In this document: piece after piece, positions 1 to 10,950 of the stretch
How the letters are laid out: each line of letters starts with the position of its first letter
Position numbering within the stretch: position 1 is the first letter of the stretch
DNA from: an uncultured candidate division Zixibacteria bacterium
Lineage (GTDB): Bacteria > Zixibacteria > MSB-5A5 > UBA10806
Assembly (NCBI GenBank): GCA_963817915.1
Contig: CAWFQL010000010.1
Location: 39,482-103,481, forward strand
Length of the DNA: 64,000 nucleotides
Direction of reading: 5' to 3'
Notes under the pieces: generated by a model
The model's database searches: none
What the model was told of the DNA's origin: nothing
The model's input: only the letters and a program-made list of their open reading frames with translations
Program-made: the position numbers and the translations under genes

Positions 1-22
1 TCGACGTGATTTAGGGAGTAAT

Positions 23-1253
23 ATGGATAACACGCAAAAGACCGAACGAATCATCGCCCTGGTCGATATGAACGCCTTTTTGGCCTCTGTCGAGCAGGCG
101 TTAAACCCGGAACTCATTGGCCAGCCTGTGATTGTGGGCGGCGAGCCGGGCACACGTGGCATCGTAATTTGCTCATCTTACGAGGCCCGCAAAGCTCGGT
201 GTCGGCTTCGGGGTTTCGCTGGCGGAGGCATATCGAAAATTGCCAAAAGCCGTTTTTATCAAGGGCGATATCAAAATCTATATCGATTATTGGAAAGAGG
301 TTCAGCGAATATTCGAGGAATATACACCGATTATCGAGCCTGTCTCAATGGATGAGGGGTATCTCGATCTCACCGGTTGCCGTGGCAAATTCAAATCAGT
401 CCGCGAATTAGGGCAATCATTGAAAGATAAAATAAAAGATCAACTGAGCATCCGTTGCTCAATCGGCATTTCGACCTCGAAGATGTTTGCCAAGATCGCC
501 TGCAATATGAGAAAGCCCGATGGCCTGACAGTTATCAGCCACGCCCGCGCCGCCAAGATGCTTCCCGACCTGCCGATCAGACAACTCCCCAATGTCGGCC
601 ACAAAACCGAAAAGATATTCGCGGAATTAGGCGTGCATACAGTCGGCGGCTTGATCAAAGTTCCCCGCCCGGCGCTGATAGATCTATTCGGTGTCCGCGG
701 CTCCGAATGGTACGATTACGCGCGCGGTGATGATTCTCGTCCTGTCAAACCGAATCTGTCCCCCAAGACTATCAGCCGCGAGACCACATTCAACGCTGAT
801 TCGGTCGACAGGAAATTTCTCGATGGCACCCTCTATTATCTGTTGGAACGGGTCTGCCAGAAATTACGCGAATTGGAATTGGTCGCCGGGCGGATCAGTG
901 TCAAACTGCGCTACGTGGATTATTCATCGGTCGATGACGCCCACACCATGCGTTTCCCGACTAGCGCCGAAGGTGAAATACATAGCTATATACTCGATCT
1001 TTTCGATAAAATCTATACCCGAAAAACCGGCGTTCGTCATCTGGGGATTACGGCCATGAGCCTCTCCCCGGCCTTCAGACAGATCAAACTTTTCGAAAAT
1101 GAGAAATCATTCGACCTGGCGCGCGGGCTTGATAAGGTTCGCGCCGGACTCGGCTATCATGCTGTCTATACCGGACGAACCCTGCCGCTCGGCAAAAACT
1201 TCCGCGAGGTTGTCGATGGATACGAGCTTCGTACCCCTTCGCTGTCGCAGTAA
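23..1253 (+). CDS. dinB: DNA polymerase IV (Y-family), split by one apparent +1 indel near 191
   Basis: ORF 23..355 has ALVDMNAFLASVE and SYEAR. ORF 240..1253 has IEPVSMDEGYLD, SIGISTSKMFAKIA and KPDG. Removing one A at cgcaaagctc (~191) joins them (KLGVGFGVSLAEAYRKLPKAVF). RBS gggag upstream. Confidence 0.9.
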
Positions 1254-4234
1254 TTACTCATTTCTGCACGGCGCCGCGACTCTCGATGGCTTATTGGAGC
1301 GCGCGGCAAGACAGGGACTTGGCGCGCTTGGCTTGGCCGATCTCGGCGGTCTATATGGAGCAATCCAGTTTTATCAGGAATCCAAAGATTACAATATCAA
1401 ACCGATCGTCGGACTCGAACTCGATACCAAAATCGGCAAGATCCTTTTTATCGCAAAAAATCTCGCGGGGTACGGCAATCTCTGCCGCATATCGACTATT
1501 CTAAAATTGGACGAGAGAATACCATCGCCGGATGATATTCAAAAAAACAGCGATAACTTGATCGCGATCCCCTTTGATACGAAGGAAATCGAAAACCTTA
1601 TCGAGATATTCCATAACGATCTCTATTTCGGCGTTGTCAATTTCGGGGATATGCATAGTCGTATCGCTATTAATAAATACTCCCGCGATCTGAAACGATT
1701 CGATATCCGTATTATCGCCGCCAATCCGATCGCTTTTCTTGATAAAGATGATTTTCCGACCCACCGAATTTTGCGGGCCATCGGGGAAATCGTTCCGTTC
1801 GCTCAGCTATCCGATAGTATGATCGAAAATCAAAATGCCTATTTCATGGCCAAAGATGAATACGCCAATCTATTCAAAGAAATCCCCGAGGCCCTGGCAT
1901 CGACATTAGAAATTGCTGAAAAATGTGACCTAAAATTGCCGGTCGGCAAACTGAATTTCCCAAAGTATCAAGGCACATCCGACAAAACCAATAACCGCCT
2001 GCTATATGAACTGGCGTCATCGGGACTGCAAAAAAGATATTCCAAAATCAGCGGCGAGGCTATCTCGCGGCTCGAATACGAACTCAATGTCATCGAACGA
2101 TGCGGCTTCACCGACTATTTTCTGATCGTCCATGGCATAATCGATTTCTGCAATCATAACGGCATCCCCTGTGTCGGACGGGGCTCGGCGGCATCATCGA
2201 TAGTCTCGTATTCACTGGGAATCACCGAGGTTTGTCCGATTGAGCAGAATCTTTATTTCCAACGTTTCCTCAACGAGGGCCGCAAGGACCCGCCCGATAT
2301 CGATCTCGATCTGTGCTGGAAACGGCGCGATGACGTTCTCGAATTTATCTATGAGAAATACGGCCGTGATCGCGTGGCCATGATATGCACATTAAACACC
2401 TTCGCGGTGCGCGGCGCGATACGCGAAGTGGCCAAGGCCTTCGGGCTTTCCGGCGATGAGATTTCCGATTTCACCAAACGACTCCCCTGGGGCGGCAGTG
2501 TCGAAAATATCGAGAAACGGGTCGCCACCAGCCCCGAATGCCATCATCTGCCAATATACAATGAACCATACAAGACGATTATCGAATTGGCCCGCAAGAT
2601 CGAGGGGTACCCGCGCCATCTGGGAATCCATTGCGGCGGGATCGTGATCACGCCCGGCCCGATGCTTGACCTGGTGCCGTTACAGATGTCGGCCAAGGGC
2701 ATTGCCATCACGCAATATGATATGTACTCGATTGACGATCTAGGCCTTGTCAAAATCGATCTTCTGGGACAACGGGGGCTTTCGACGATTGAAGAGGCAA
2801 AAGACATAATCGCAAAGAAGACCGGCAGCCGCCCCGATACAATCCCGACCAACGACGAAAAAACCTATTCCCTTCTCCGGCGAGGCAAGACTATCGGCGT
2901 TTTTCAAATCGAATCGCCCGGCCTGCGCGCCCTGCTGATTGCCATGAAGCCAAAGGAAATAAATGATATCACGCTGGCGTTGTCGCTGATTCGCCCTGGG
3001 GCATCGGAATCCGGAATGAAAAGGATCTTCCTCGAACGATTATTCGGAAAACGGCCGGTCGAATACCCCCATCCCTGCCTTGAACCTGTTCTTAAAGAGA
3101 CATTGGGAAATATAATCTATCAGGAGCAGGTATTGAGAGTTGCTGAGACGATGGCCGGATTCACGCCGGAGCAGGCCGATCTTCTGCGTCGTGTAATGAC
3201 CAAGGAACGGGGCAATCGCGATTTCGATGTCATGCGAAATAATTTCATGATTCAATCATCGAGGCGCGGGGTTAATTCGGAGACCGCCGAAAATGTTTTC
3301 AATATGATGATTCAATTCGCGTCGTATGGCTTCTGCAAGGCGCATGCCGCCACCTATGCCATGCTCGCCTATCGCGGCACATATTTGAAAGCCCATCATC
3401 CGGTCGAATATATGGCCTCGATGCTTAATAACTTCGCCGGCTATTATCGCCCGCGAGTCTACGCCGAGGAAGCCCGCCGCTGGGGCGCTATTCTGAAAAC
3501 GCCCACTATCGACCGTCCATCGGATGTCTGTTTTGTCGATGGCAAAAATCTATTCATTGGAATGCTGTATATTAAGAATATGTCTTCGAATACGATTCAT
3601 AATATTATCAACGAACGAGCTCGTGGAGAATTCAAAAACCTGTTCGATTTCCTCTATCGTGTCAGGCCGACCACAGATGAAGCCTTGAGCCTCATCAAAT
3701 GCGGCGCGCTCGATTGCCTCGGGCAAACCCGTCCTCAACTTCTCTGGCTCTATAAAATATATGGCGAGAAACGATTAAAGAAACCCGATGACTCCCCCAT
3801 GCTGGATTCTCTCACAATTCCCGAGCCGGACTTCGCCTTCCTGCCCGATCTCCCCGATTTCGATCTCGATCAGAAATTGAAAGCCGAGGCGGAAATATTC
3901 GAGATGTCGATATCATGCCATCCGATCGAGCGATTAGGAATAACGAATAATCATGTTAAAAGTATCGATCTACCCCGGCTCGAAAATAAGAAAGTGCATA
4001 TAGCGGGATTTGTCGCCGATCGCAAACGAATAAAGACATCCAATGGGCGAAGCATGGTTTTTCTGACTATGGAAGATGAATTCGATCTATTCGAAGTTAC
4101 GCTATTCCCCAAGGTTTATCTGCGTGTTGGCGAACGGATATTCCGCAAGCCGCTGCTTGATATCGAAGGCATAGTTCAGAACCGAGTCCGGCGGCCTGAC
4201 GATAATAGCCGATAAAATAAGTGTAATCGGATAA
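1216..4234 (+). CDS. dnaE2: DNA polymerase III alpha subunit, error-prone DnaE2-like
   Basis: PHP start FVPLRCRSNYSFL, GRGSAASS, PPDIDLD catalytic motif, GFCKAHA and C-terminal OB fold (MVFLTMEDE). Start ATG 1216 overlaps the end of dinB. The ORF stops at 4215, but a probable indel near 4182 gives the more natural end ESGGLTIIADKISVIG* at 4234. Confidence 0.88.
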
Positions 4235-4312
4235 AATTCGCTCTGGAAAAATAAATAGACAGAATGCTATATTTGCTTTATGAAACCGCTGTATGGGAAT
4301 TGAGAGGTAACC

Positions 4313-4873
4313 ATGCCTGAACGATGCGCCTGGCCAATGAGCGATATGATGATCGCCTACCACGATAACGAATGGGGTACTCCGCTCCATGATGATCAAA
4401 AGCTCTTTGAATTTCTTGTCCTCGATGCCTTCCAGGCAGGATTGAGCTGGGCGATTGTTCTGAAGAAACGGGACAACTTCAGAAAAGCATTTGATAATTA
4501 CGATATCCCGAAAATCGCCAAATACAATAAGCGAAAAATAGAATCGCTCCTTAAAGACGAGGGTATAATTCGCAACAAACTGAAGATCGCCACGACGGTC
4601 GACAACGCCATATCGTTTATAAAGATTCAAAATGAATACGGCAGTTTCGATAAATATATCTGGCAATTCGTAAATCATAAGCCGATAAAGAATAAATGGA
4701 AATCGATGAAGGATATCCCCGCGAAGACAGAAATATCCGATAATATGAGCAAGGACTTGAAATCGCGCGGATTCAGATTTGTCGGTTCGACAATATGCTA
4801 TTCATTCATGCAGGCGGCGGGAATGGTCAATGATCACGTTATCACATGTTTCCGCTATAAGGAATTAAAATAG
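4313..4873 (+). CDS. tag: DNA-3-methyladenine glycosylase I
   Basis: RCAW, YHDNEWG, LFEFLVLDAFQAGLSW, IIRNKLKI, FVGSTICYSFMQAAGMVNDH motifs. Confidence 0.95.
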   Translation: MPERCAWPMSDMMIAYHDNEWGTPLHDDQKLFEFLVLDAFQAGLSWAIVLKKRDNFRKAFDNYDIPKIAKYNKRKIESLLKDEGIIRNKLKIATTVDNAISFIKIQNEYGSFDKYIWQFVNHKPIKNKWKSMKDIPAKTEISDNMSKDLKSRGFRFVGSTICYSFMQAAGMVNDHVITCFRYKELK

Positions 4874-4878
4874 ATCCA

Positions 4879-4908
4879 TGTAGAGACTTGCTATGGCAAG
4901 TCTCTACA
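4879..4908. repeat. GTAG-type REP-like perfect hairpin
   Basis: tgtagagacttgc-tatg-gcaagtctctaca, perfect 13-bp arms. May also act as a terminator for tag. Confidence 0.75.
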
Positions 4909-4952
4909 AAACCATAGTGCGTATCAATTTCGATATCATTTAGGAGGATTGG

Positions 4953-5948
4953 GTGAATCAACTGACCAATACAAATATCGACTTAAACAAACCAATCTCG
5001 GAATTTGCCCAAAAACTTGTCACGACTCTTTGCGATACTCAAACCATAGGCATGGCTATCGAGCATCTGCGAGGGCATGAGCTTGCCGAAAAAATCGTAT
5101 ATTTCTATGTAGTCGATAATCAGAACAAACTCGTCGGCGTGGTTCCGGTCAGACGATTGCTTATGAGCGGACTCGATAAAAAAATCAGCGACATTATGAT
5201 TCCCAGGGTAATTTCGGTGAGAAGCACGACAACATTGCTGGACGCCTCGGAGATGTTGATCGAAAAGAAATTAATGGCTCTTCCGGTTGTAGACGAGACT
5301 AACAGATTGCAGGGAGTTTTCGATATCACTTTATTTACGGATGAAATCTCCAATCTTGCCCATAAACACGAAATCGAAAATGTATTCCAGCTAATTGGTG
5401 TCCACGTATCCGCCGGCCGGGTTGTATCTCCCTGGGTTAATTATCGTGAACGAATTCCATGGCTGATATGCAATATCATTGGCGGAATTGTCTGCGCTTT
5501 TATCGTAAGCATGCACGAGACTCTTATCAATATGATTACATTGCTGGCATTCTTTATACCGGTAATATTGACCTTATCCGAGAGTGTCAGCATGCAGGCC
5601 ATGACCTACACTCTGCAATCGCCGCTTTTCCAGGTTTATTCAACCCGAATGATTTTAAAGTCAGTTCGAAAGGAAATTATTCCATCGATATTTTTGGGGT
5701 TGAGCTGCGGTATTATAGTAGGCGGGATCGCCTATATCTGGAAAGGTAATCCTTTGAGTGCTCTTGCCGTCGGTGTAAGCATAACTATGGCGATTATTCT
5801 CGCCTCCCTTTTCGGCGTTCTAATACCGGCGGCGATTAAATCATTCAAAATCGATCCCAAAATAGCATCGGGACCAATAGCGCTGGCGATTGCCGATATC
5901 GCGACATTGCTTTTATTCTTCAATGTTGCAGTGCTTATTCTGGATTAA
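4953..5948 (+). CDS. mgtE: Magnesium transporter MgtE-like (CBS pair plus TM domain, no N-domain)
   Basis: YFYVVDNQNKLVGVV and ALPVVD CBS motifs, RIPWL, IDPKIASGP...IAD TM motifs. Confidence 0.85.
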   Translation: MNQLTNTNIDLNKPISEFAQKLVTTLCDTQTIGMAIEHLRGHELAEKIVYFYVVDNQNKLVGVVPVRRLLMSGLDKKISDIMIPRVISVRSTTTLLDASEMLIEKKLMALPVVDETNRLQGVFDITLFTDEISNLAHKHEIENVFQLIGVHVSAGRVVSPWVNYRERIPWLICNIIGGIVCAFIVSMHETLINMITLLAFFIPVILTLSESVSMQAMTYTLQSPLFQVYSTRMILKSVRKEIIPSIFLGLSCGIIVGGIAYIWKGNPLSALAVGVSITMAIILASLFGVLIPAAIKSFKIDPKIASGPIALAIADIATLLLFFNVAVLILD

Positions 5949-5978
5949 AATTATTTAGATTGTAGATGATATAATTTT

Positions 5979-6006
5979 GTAGAGCTTTGCTATAGCAAGG
6001 CTCTAC
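5979..6006. repeat. GTAG-type REP-like hairpin, sister of 4879 copy
   Basis: gtagagctttgc-tata-gcaaggctctac, lying between convergent genes. Confidence 0.7.
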
Positions 6007-6012
6007 TTTGAA

Positions 6013-6825
6013 TTACATAAAATATTTCTTCTGATTATGAATCATATCGCCATATTCCTTAATCAAATTCATTTCATCCTGATTCAGCGGGCCGTCCTTC
6101 AAAGCGGCGATATTGTCATTAAGCTGTTTTATATTCCGCGGAGCCGTCAGGCAAACATCGATATTTGGATTTGATAAAACAAATCGATAGCACATCCCCG
6201 GTGTCGGTATCGGGCGATCTTTCGGCCATTGGCGTGAACGCCTTATGAGATAAGTCCATCTTGTCGCGGTATATCCAATTACTCCTGGTTTATGCCGTGG
6301 CAGATATGGGAAAATATCGGTTTCTGCCCCGCGATGGGCGGCGTTGTATCGTATCATCAATGTATCGAGTGCGCCTTCGTCCGCCATCTGCCCGGCGAAT
6401 TTCCGATCGTGGCAGGACATTCCTACCGCGCGTACCTTCCCCTCTTCTTTAAGGCGATACATATCTTCGCGCACCTTTTCATCCAAATGCTTGGCCTTGG
6501 TAACTCCGAGAAACAAAAACATATCGATATAATCCGTTTTCAGCTGCTTTAGTCTTTTCTCCAATGTCCTTCGAATATCCGGATGGCCATAGAGTAGATT
6601 GTATGCGCCGGTCGCAATTACCATATTTTGACGGTTCGTTTTCGCTACATCGCGGAGCACCCTCGTCATTTGCATATCGAATCCAAAACAAAAGAATAAA
6701 TCCAAACCTTCATCGAATGCTTTGTGAACCGTCTTCTTCCCTGGCCAGTAACTCGCCGAGAGACCGAGGCGATGAACTTTGGTCTCGCTTTTGCCTATTC
6801 TCGCGTGTGTAAAATCCTCAACCAT
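6013..6825 (-). CDS. Aldo/keto reductase family protein
   Basis: LKQLKTDYIDMF, LKEEGKVRAVGMSCH, MIRYNAAHRG, CYRFVLSNP AKR-fold motifs. Confidence 0.85.
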   Translation of the reverse strand: MVEDFTHARIGKSETKVHRLGLSASYWPGKKTVHKAFDEGLDLFFCFGFDMQMTRVLRDVAKTNRQNMVIATGAYNLLYGHPDIRRTLEKRLKQLKTDYIDMFLFLGVTKAKHLDEKVREDMYRLKEEGKVRAVGMSCHDRKFAGQMADEGALDTLMIRYNAAHRGAETDIFPYLPRHKPGVIGYTATRWTYLIRRSRQWPKDRPIPTPGMCYRFVLSNPNIDVCLTAPRNIKQLNDNIAALKDGPLNQDEMNLIKEYGDMIHNQKKYFM

Positions 6826-6993
6826 TGTATCCCCGCTTTCTTATTCAAATTCCGAATATTTCTTTTCTACATCGCCATAAGATTTAGCATTGCGGGTATA
6901 TTAACGCAAATTATTTTTGCGATATTTCTTAAAATATCCCCCACGCCCTCTACTCCTCTCTCCAACTGCGAATTCGATATGGCATTTATATGC

Positions 6994-7043
6994 TTATTTG
7001 ATATCAAATAAATCTTGAATAAATTTTGTAATTTCGATATAAT
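6994..7043 (+). promoter_or_regulatory. Sigma70-like promoter with upstream perfect palindrome
   Basis: TTGAAT(7015)-17 bp-TATAAT(7038), and 18-bp palindrome ttatttgatatcaaataa at 6994-7011. Confidence 0.6.
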
Positions 7044-7086
7044 TTTGTCGGTAGACTTTTGAATGGCTTAAAATAAGGGGATCAAA

Positions 7087-9045
7087 ATGAAATATTTCAC
7101 TTTGGTAATATTGATTTCATTTCAAATGGCAATTGCGGAGGATAACAATAATACAATCGCAATGACAAATAAACCTATTGGACTCTTATATGAAGCGCCT
7201 TCAAAAGAGCTCCTTGATGAGAAATTCTGCCCTCTTGATAGTACAGCCAATGCTATGGTCGAGCGTAATAGTGTGAACTATGTCGTTCGTAAAGGCGTCA
7301 TGAAATTGCAGGTATTTAGGCGTATTAAAATTTACACCGAAGCCGGCTTGTCCTACGCTCAATATGAAGAGCTTTATGATCAAAATAAAATCATTGATAC
7401 GCTTGGCGCGATATGCTTTACACCCCAAGGAACTCAATTTGCTCTGTCAGAAAAAGACATTATTGATGAAACCGTCATCAAAGATCTCGGTTCCGGAAGA
7501 TATCTGAAATCCAAGAAATTCGCGATCCCCGGAGTAACTCCGGGATGTGTAATAAATATAATTTCAAAATGCCATTTTATAGGTCAAATTGAACCTCCTG
7601 TATTCCGCTTTCAGGAAGATATTCCCGTCGAGAATGCTTACTATTCTTTTGGATTTCCTGAAAATTTAAAATATTCCTATATAGTAACCAATGAAAATTT
7701 TCTTACCAGATTCAAGAGATTTGGATATGAAATATCATTTGATTGCATCGCCGAGGATATCGCTGCAATTGAAGAGGAACCAAATCGGCCTCCTGATAGA
7801 TTTATGTCAACTGATGTATGGGTTCATTTTACTGGAGTCGAAGTAAATAAGGAAGTCATCGATTTATCCGAGACATGGAAAGAATACCTCAAGCCCATCA
7901 GGCAATCCTACTCAAAAGCATTCGATGGATCCCGAAAAGCAAAAATAATCGCCGACAGCTTGCTGACCCTCACTAATGAGCATAATCTACTGATCAAGTT
8001 TGCCATTAATATAGTGCGAGATAGATGGGGTAATGACCCCCTATATTATATGCATTCTGCAGGCAGCGATGATATTAACAAAATCATGGGGAGAGAAAAT
8101 CTCGATCCCGTTGAAAAATCACTCGTGCTATGTGCTATTTTGAAAAATTTGAAGATCGAAAGTGAAATTGTATGGGCTTGTTCGGAAAAATGTAAATATA
8201 CTCCCGTAAAGGACTTTCCATCATATATAATATTCGATCATGCGCTTGCTTATATACCAGAGGATTCATTGCTGCTCGATCCTTCAGATCCGGGAGGTGA
8301 CGTTGGAATCCTTGATGAAGACTATTCCGATAGAATAATGTGCCGCCCTATGGCTACGTCCAATATTATTTCGATGACGCCAAAATTCGGGGAATTCTCA
8401 TCGAAAATGATCGATTTAACTTTTACGGCTATCGATGAAAACACATTCACCGGTCAGGGATCGGTAAAGTTCTATAATCAGGACGCTATTGAGGCGCGGC
8501 GACTTTTCCGCAAGGAAGGAGAAGTTGCAAGAAAGAAAGCTTTGAATAATATGTTATTCAGAGATGGCAAAGATATCGTAACTTCTCTCAAGGAAGCCCC
8601 TGACTCTTTATTAAGCCCCAAAATCTACCAGCTCGATTTTGAGGTGAAACTTTCCGATTTCAATCCCGATGAGAACACGAGCCTTGATTTCAGTCCTTAC
8701 CCCGGGCCATCATTCGATAATACAACGGTTGATTACAATCCTCCGAGACAATATCCCTTCTATTTTGATTATAGTAAAGTTTGGGATATTTACAATATTA
8801 AATGGTCATTTGGGAAATTTTTCCACCCTATTAAAACAGATAGCCTTAGTTTTAAGTTAGACAATATTCTCGTTGTCTATTCATATCTTACCGATTACAA
8901 CAAGGAAAATAACGAATTTACAGTTCGACGGGAATACAAACGGATTCAAAAAAGCTTCAGACCGGATTTCGCTACCGCCTATGAAAGATTCCTGCAAAGC
9001 TCCAAAAAATGCGACATGACGCCGTTAGTCCTGGAGAAATATTGA
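7087..9045 (+). CDS. DUF3857 / transglutaminase-like secreted protein (probably non-catalytic)
   Basis: Signal peptide, RRIKIYTEAG, KKFAIPGVTPGCVI, FRFQEDIPV, EEPNRPP, FDHAL...LLDP. No Cys at the usual GxC site. Confidence 0.75.
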   Translation: MKYFTLVILISFQMAIAEDNNNTIAMTNKPIGLLYEAPSKELLDEKFCPLDSTANAMVERNSVNYVVRKGVMKLQVFRRIKIYTEAGLSYAQYEELYDQNKIIDTLGAICFTPQGTQFALSEKDIIDETVIKDLGSGRYLKSKKFAIPGVTPGCVINIISKCHFIGQIEPPVFRFQEDIPVENAYYSFGFPENLKYSYIVTNENFLTRFKRFGYEISFDCIAEDIAAIEEEPNRPPDRFMSTDVWVHFTGVEVNKEVIDLSETWKEYLKPIRQSYSKAFDGSRKAKIIADSLLTLTNEHNLLIKFAINIVRDRWGNDPLYYMHSAGSDDINKIMGRENLDPVEKSLVLCAILKNLKIESEIVWACSEKCKYTPVKDFPSYIIFDHALAYIPEDSLLLDPSDPGGDVGILDEDYSDRIMCRPMATSNIISMTPKFGEFSSKMIDLTFTAIDENTFTGQGSVKFYNQDAIEARRLFRKEGEVARKKALNNMLFRDGKDIVTSLKEAPDSLLSPKIYQLDFEVKLSDFNPDENTSLDFSPYPGPSFDNTTVDYNPPRQYPFYFDYSKVWDIYNIKWSFGKFFHPIKTDSLSFKLDNILVVYSYLTDYNKENNEFTVRREYKRIQKSFRPDFATAYERFLQSSKKCDMTPLVLEKY

Positions 9046-10835
9046 AATATTTTAAGGTCTTGCTTGTATCGGCAATCCTATCAGCTTCAAGCTTATTGGC
9101 TCAAGAGAGCCATTATATTTACAATAATATTTTGATCAAATTTGACGGCAAATCGACAAAGTTTATCGCTGAATCGTCAAAACTTCTATTCAATGATGTC
9201 GATCTCGAAGATTATCGTGAGGAAAAATTGCCGACCGGTCATAATCTCACGATCGCCAATGCCCAAATCATTATCTCAAATCCAAAATCGAAGACCAAAA
9301 GATTCAAATTAAAAGATGCCATTTTCGTAGCCGACAGATCCGATTACGTGCTGGCGTCCGATGCCGGAGTATATAGCTGGGATCTGGGCAAGATCGATCC
9401 GGGGGATGAATTATATTTCAATTATGAGTCCTCAATCAAAGAGGATTATTGGGGCGGCTACTTTTCCGTGATCGAATCTATACCGGTTGATTCCTCAAAA
9501 ATTACGATTGAATTCCCGCATGGAAAATGGCGTCTCAAATATAGCATTGATAATAATCCGATTCAATATACCGATGATCCCAAAAATGCAGTTTTCATCT
9601 GGCATAAATTGCAGGCAAGCACAAGGCCCGAATTAAAAAATGCGCCCGCAGATGTCTTACCTGGTATTTGGATATCATTTGAATCTCTGAAGAATGAAAA
9701 AGACTATTCTGATTGGAATGACGTCAATGAATGGGCCGCGGAACGTTTTGATAAAAACGGATCATTCATGTATCCCGATTCAATGCTGGCAATCGCGCGA
9801 ACTCCGGAATCTATTTTATCGGCAATTGCGGCCAAATGTCATTATGTCGCGATTGAAATTGCTGAAGGCGGGTATGTGCCCTCTCCTTCTGATGATGTCT
9901 GGTCCAAAGGATACGGCGATTGCAAGGGCCTGGCAATGCTTTTTGTCAATTGGATGAAGGCCGCCGGGTTCAAGGCCTGGCCGGTTCTCGTGCTTGCCGA
10001 TCGTTCTCGTATTGGAAATGAATTATTTCCATCACCGTATCAATTCAATCATGCTATCGCTGCCTATGAGATGAAGGATGGCGATACGTCATACCAGGAT
10101 ATCACGGCGGAATATTGCCCACTAGGTTATCTACCAAGAGATTTATTCGGCTCACTCGCGTTTCCAATTTCATCAAATTCGAAACCGATATTGTTAGGTA
10201 CTTTCCCCGATACCCCGGATACCATCTCTTTTACTATTTCCGGAGATTTGGATAATTCGGGGACTCTGACAGGTATCCTGAAAGCGAGAATCGAAGGAGA
10301 GCCTGCCCTGAGACTTAATTGGTTAAATAGATCATCCAAAACCATCAGTGGCGATGAAGTATTCAAATCATTCCTCGAGCATTCCCTGCCCAAGGCATCA
10401 TGCTTTAATATTAAGAGGGATAGCACAACGAATAGCATTATTTCATTTTCCGCAAAAATACTCCAAAACAATTTTAGCTATATCAGAGATAACTATACGA
10501 TTTTCAGGCCGTGGCAGTTGGATTTTTTTAATCGCGAAACCAAAATTGATTCCTCGCTTACCTGGAAGAAATTTCAATTTTCAAATCAGATAGTTGAATT
10601 GAAATACGAAATAAGAGTTGCCAATAACGGTCATTCGAATTCCGCCGATTCCGTTATTGAAAAATCATTCAATGGCCTTAAATATTCAACGCGAAATCAC
10701 TTCAAAGGAGACTCCGTCGGTTTTAATATGATAATGTCTTTTACTCCGCAAATAATGACGCCGCCAAAATATTGGCAATTTCAGAGTGATTGGCGCACAA
10801 TGATTAAGGATATTTCGAATATTTCTATCAAATAA
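9042..10835 (+). CDS. DUF3857 plus transglutaminase-like protein
   Basis: YVAIEIAEGGYVP, KGYGDCKG (catalytic Cys), PSPYQFNHAI, YQDIT. Likely TTG start at 9042 overlapping the upstream stop. Confidence 0.8.
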   Translation: MKYFKVLLVSAILSASSLLAQESHYIYNNILIKFDGKSTKFIAESSKLLFNDVDLEDYREEKLPTGHNLTIANAQIIISNPKSKTKRFKLKDAIFVADRSDYVLASDAGVYSWDLGKIDPGDELYFNYESSIKEDYWGGYFSVIESIPVDSSKITIEFPHGKWRLKYSIDNNPIQYTDDPKNAVFIWHKLQASTRPELKNAPADVLPGIWISFESLKNEKDYSDWNDVNEWAAERFDKNGSFMYPDSMLAIARTPESILSAIAAKCHYVAIEIAEGGYVPSPSDDVWSKGYGDCKGLAMLFVNWMKAAGFKAWPVLVLADRSRIGNELFPSPYQFNHAIAAYEMKDGDTSYQDITAEYCPLGYLPRDLFGSLAFPISSNSKPILLGTFPDTPDTISFTISGDLDNSGTLTGILKARIEGEPALRLNWLNRSSKTISGDEVFKSFLEHSLPKASCFNIKRDSTTNSIISFSAKILQNNFSYIRDNYTIFRPWQLDFFNRETKIDSSLTWKKFQFSNQIVELKYEIRVANNGHSNSADSVIEKSFNGLKYSTRNHFKGDSVGFNMIMSFTPQIMTPPKYWQFQSDWRTMIKDISNISIK

Positions 10836-10950
10836 ATAATTAGTCACGATATAAAGTACCGGTCAATTAGCAGGATCGGGCTATCCAAACCTCTAATTTA
10901 TCTCCACCGAAACATGTTCAATCAGCATTTACTTTCAAAATAGCCTATAA

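Noticed and set aside
23..1253. Inactive ImuB or programmed frameshift
   Set aside because: Catalytic acidic residues are intact, and the shift is one extra A like other error-type indels here
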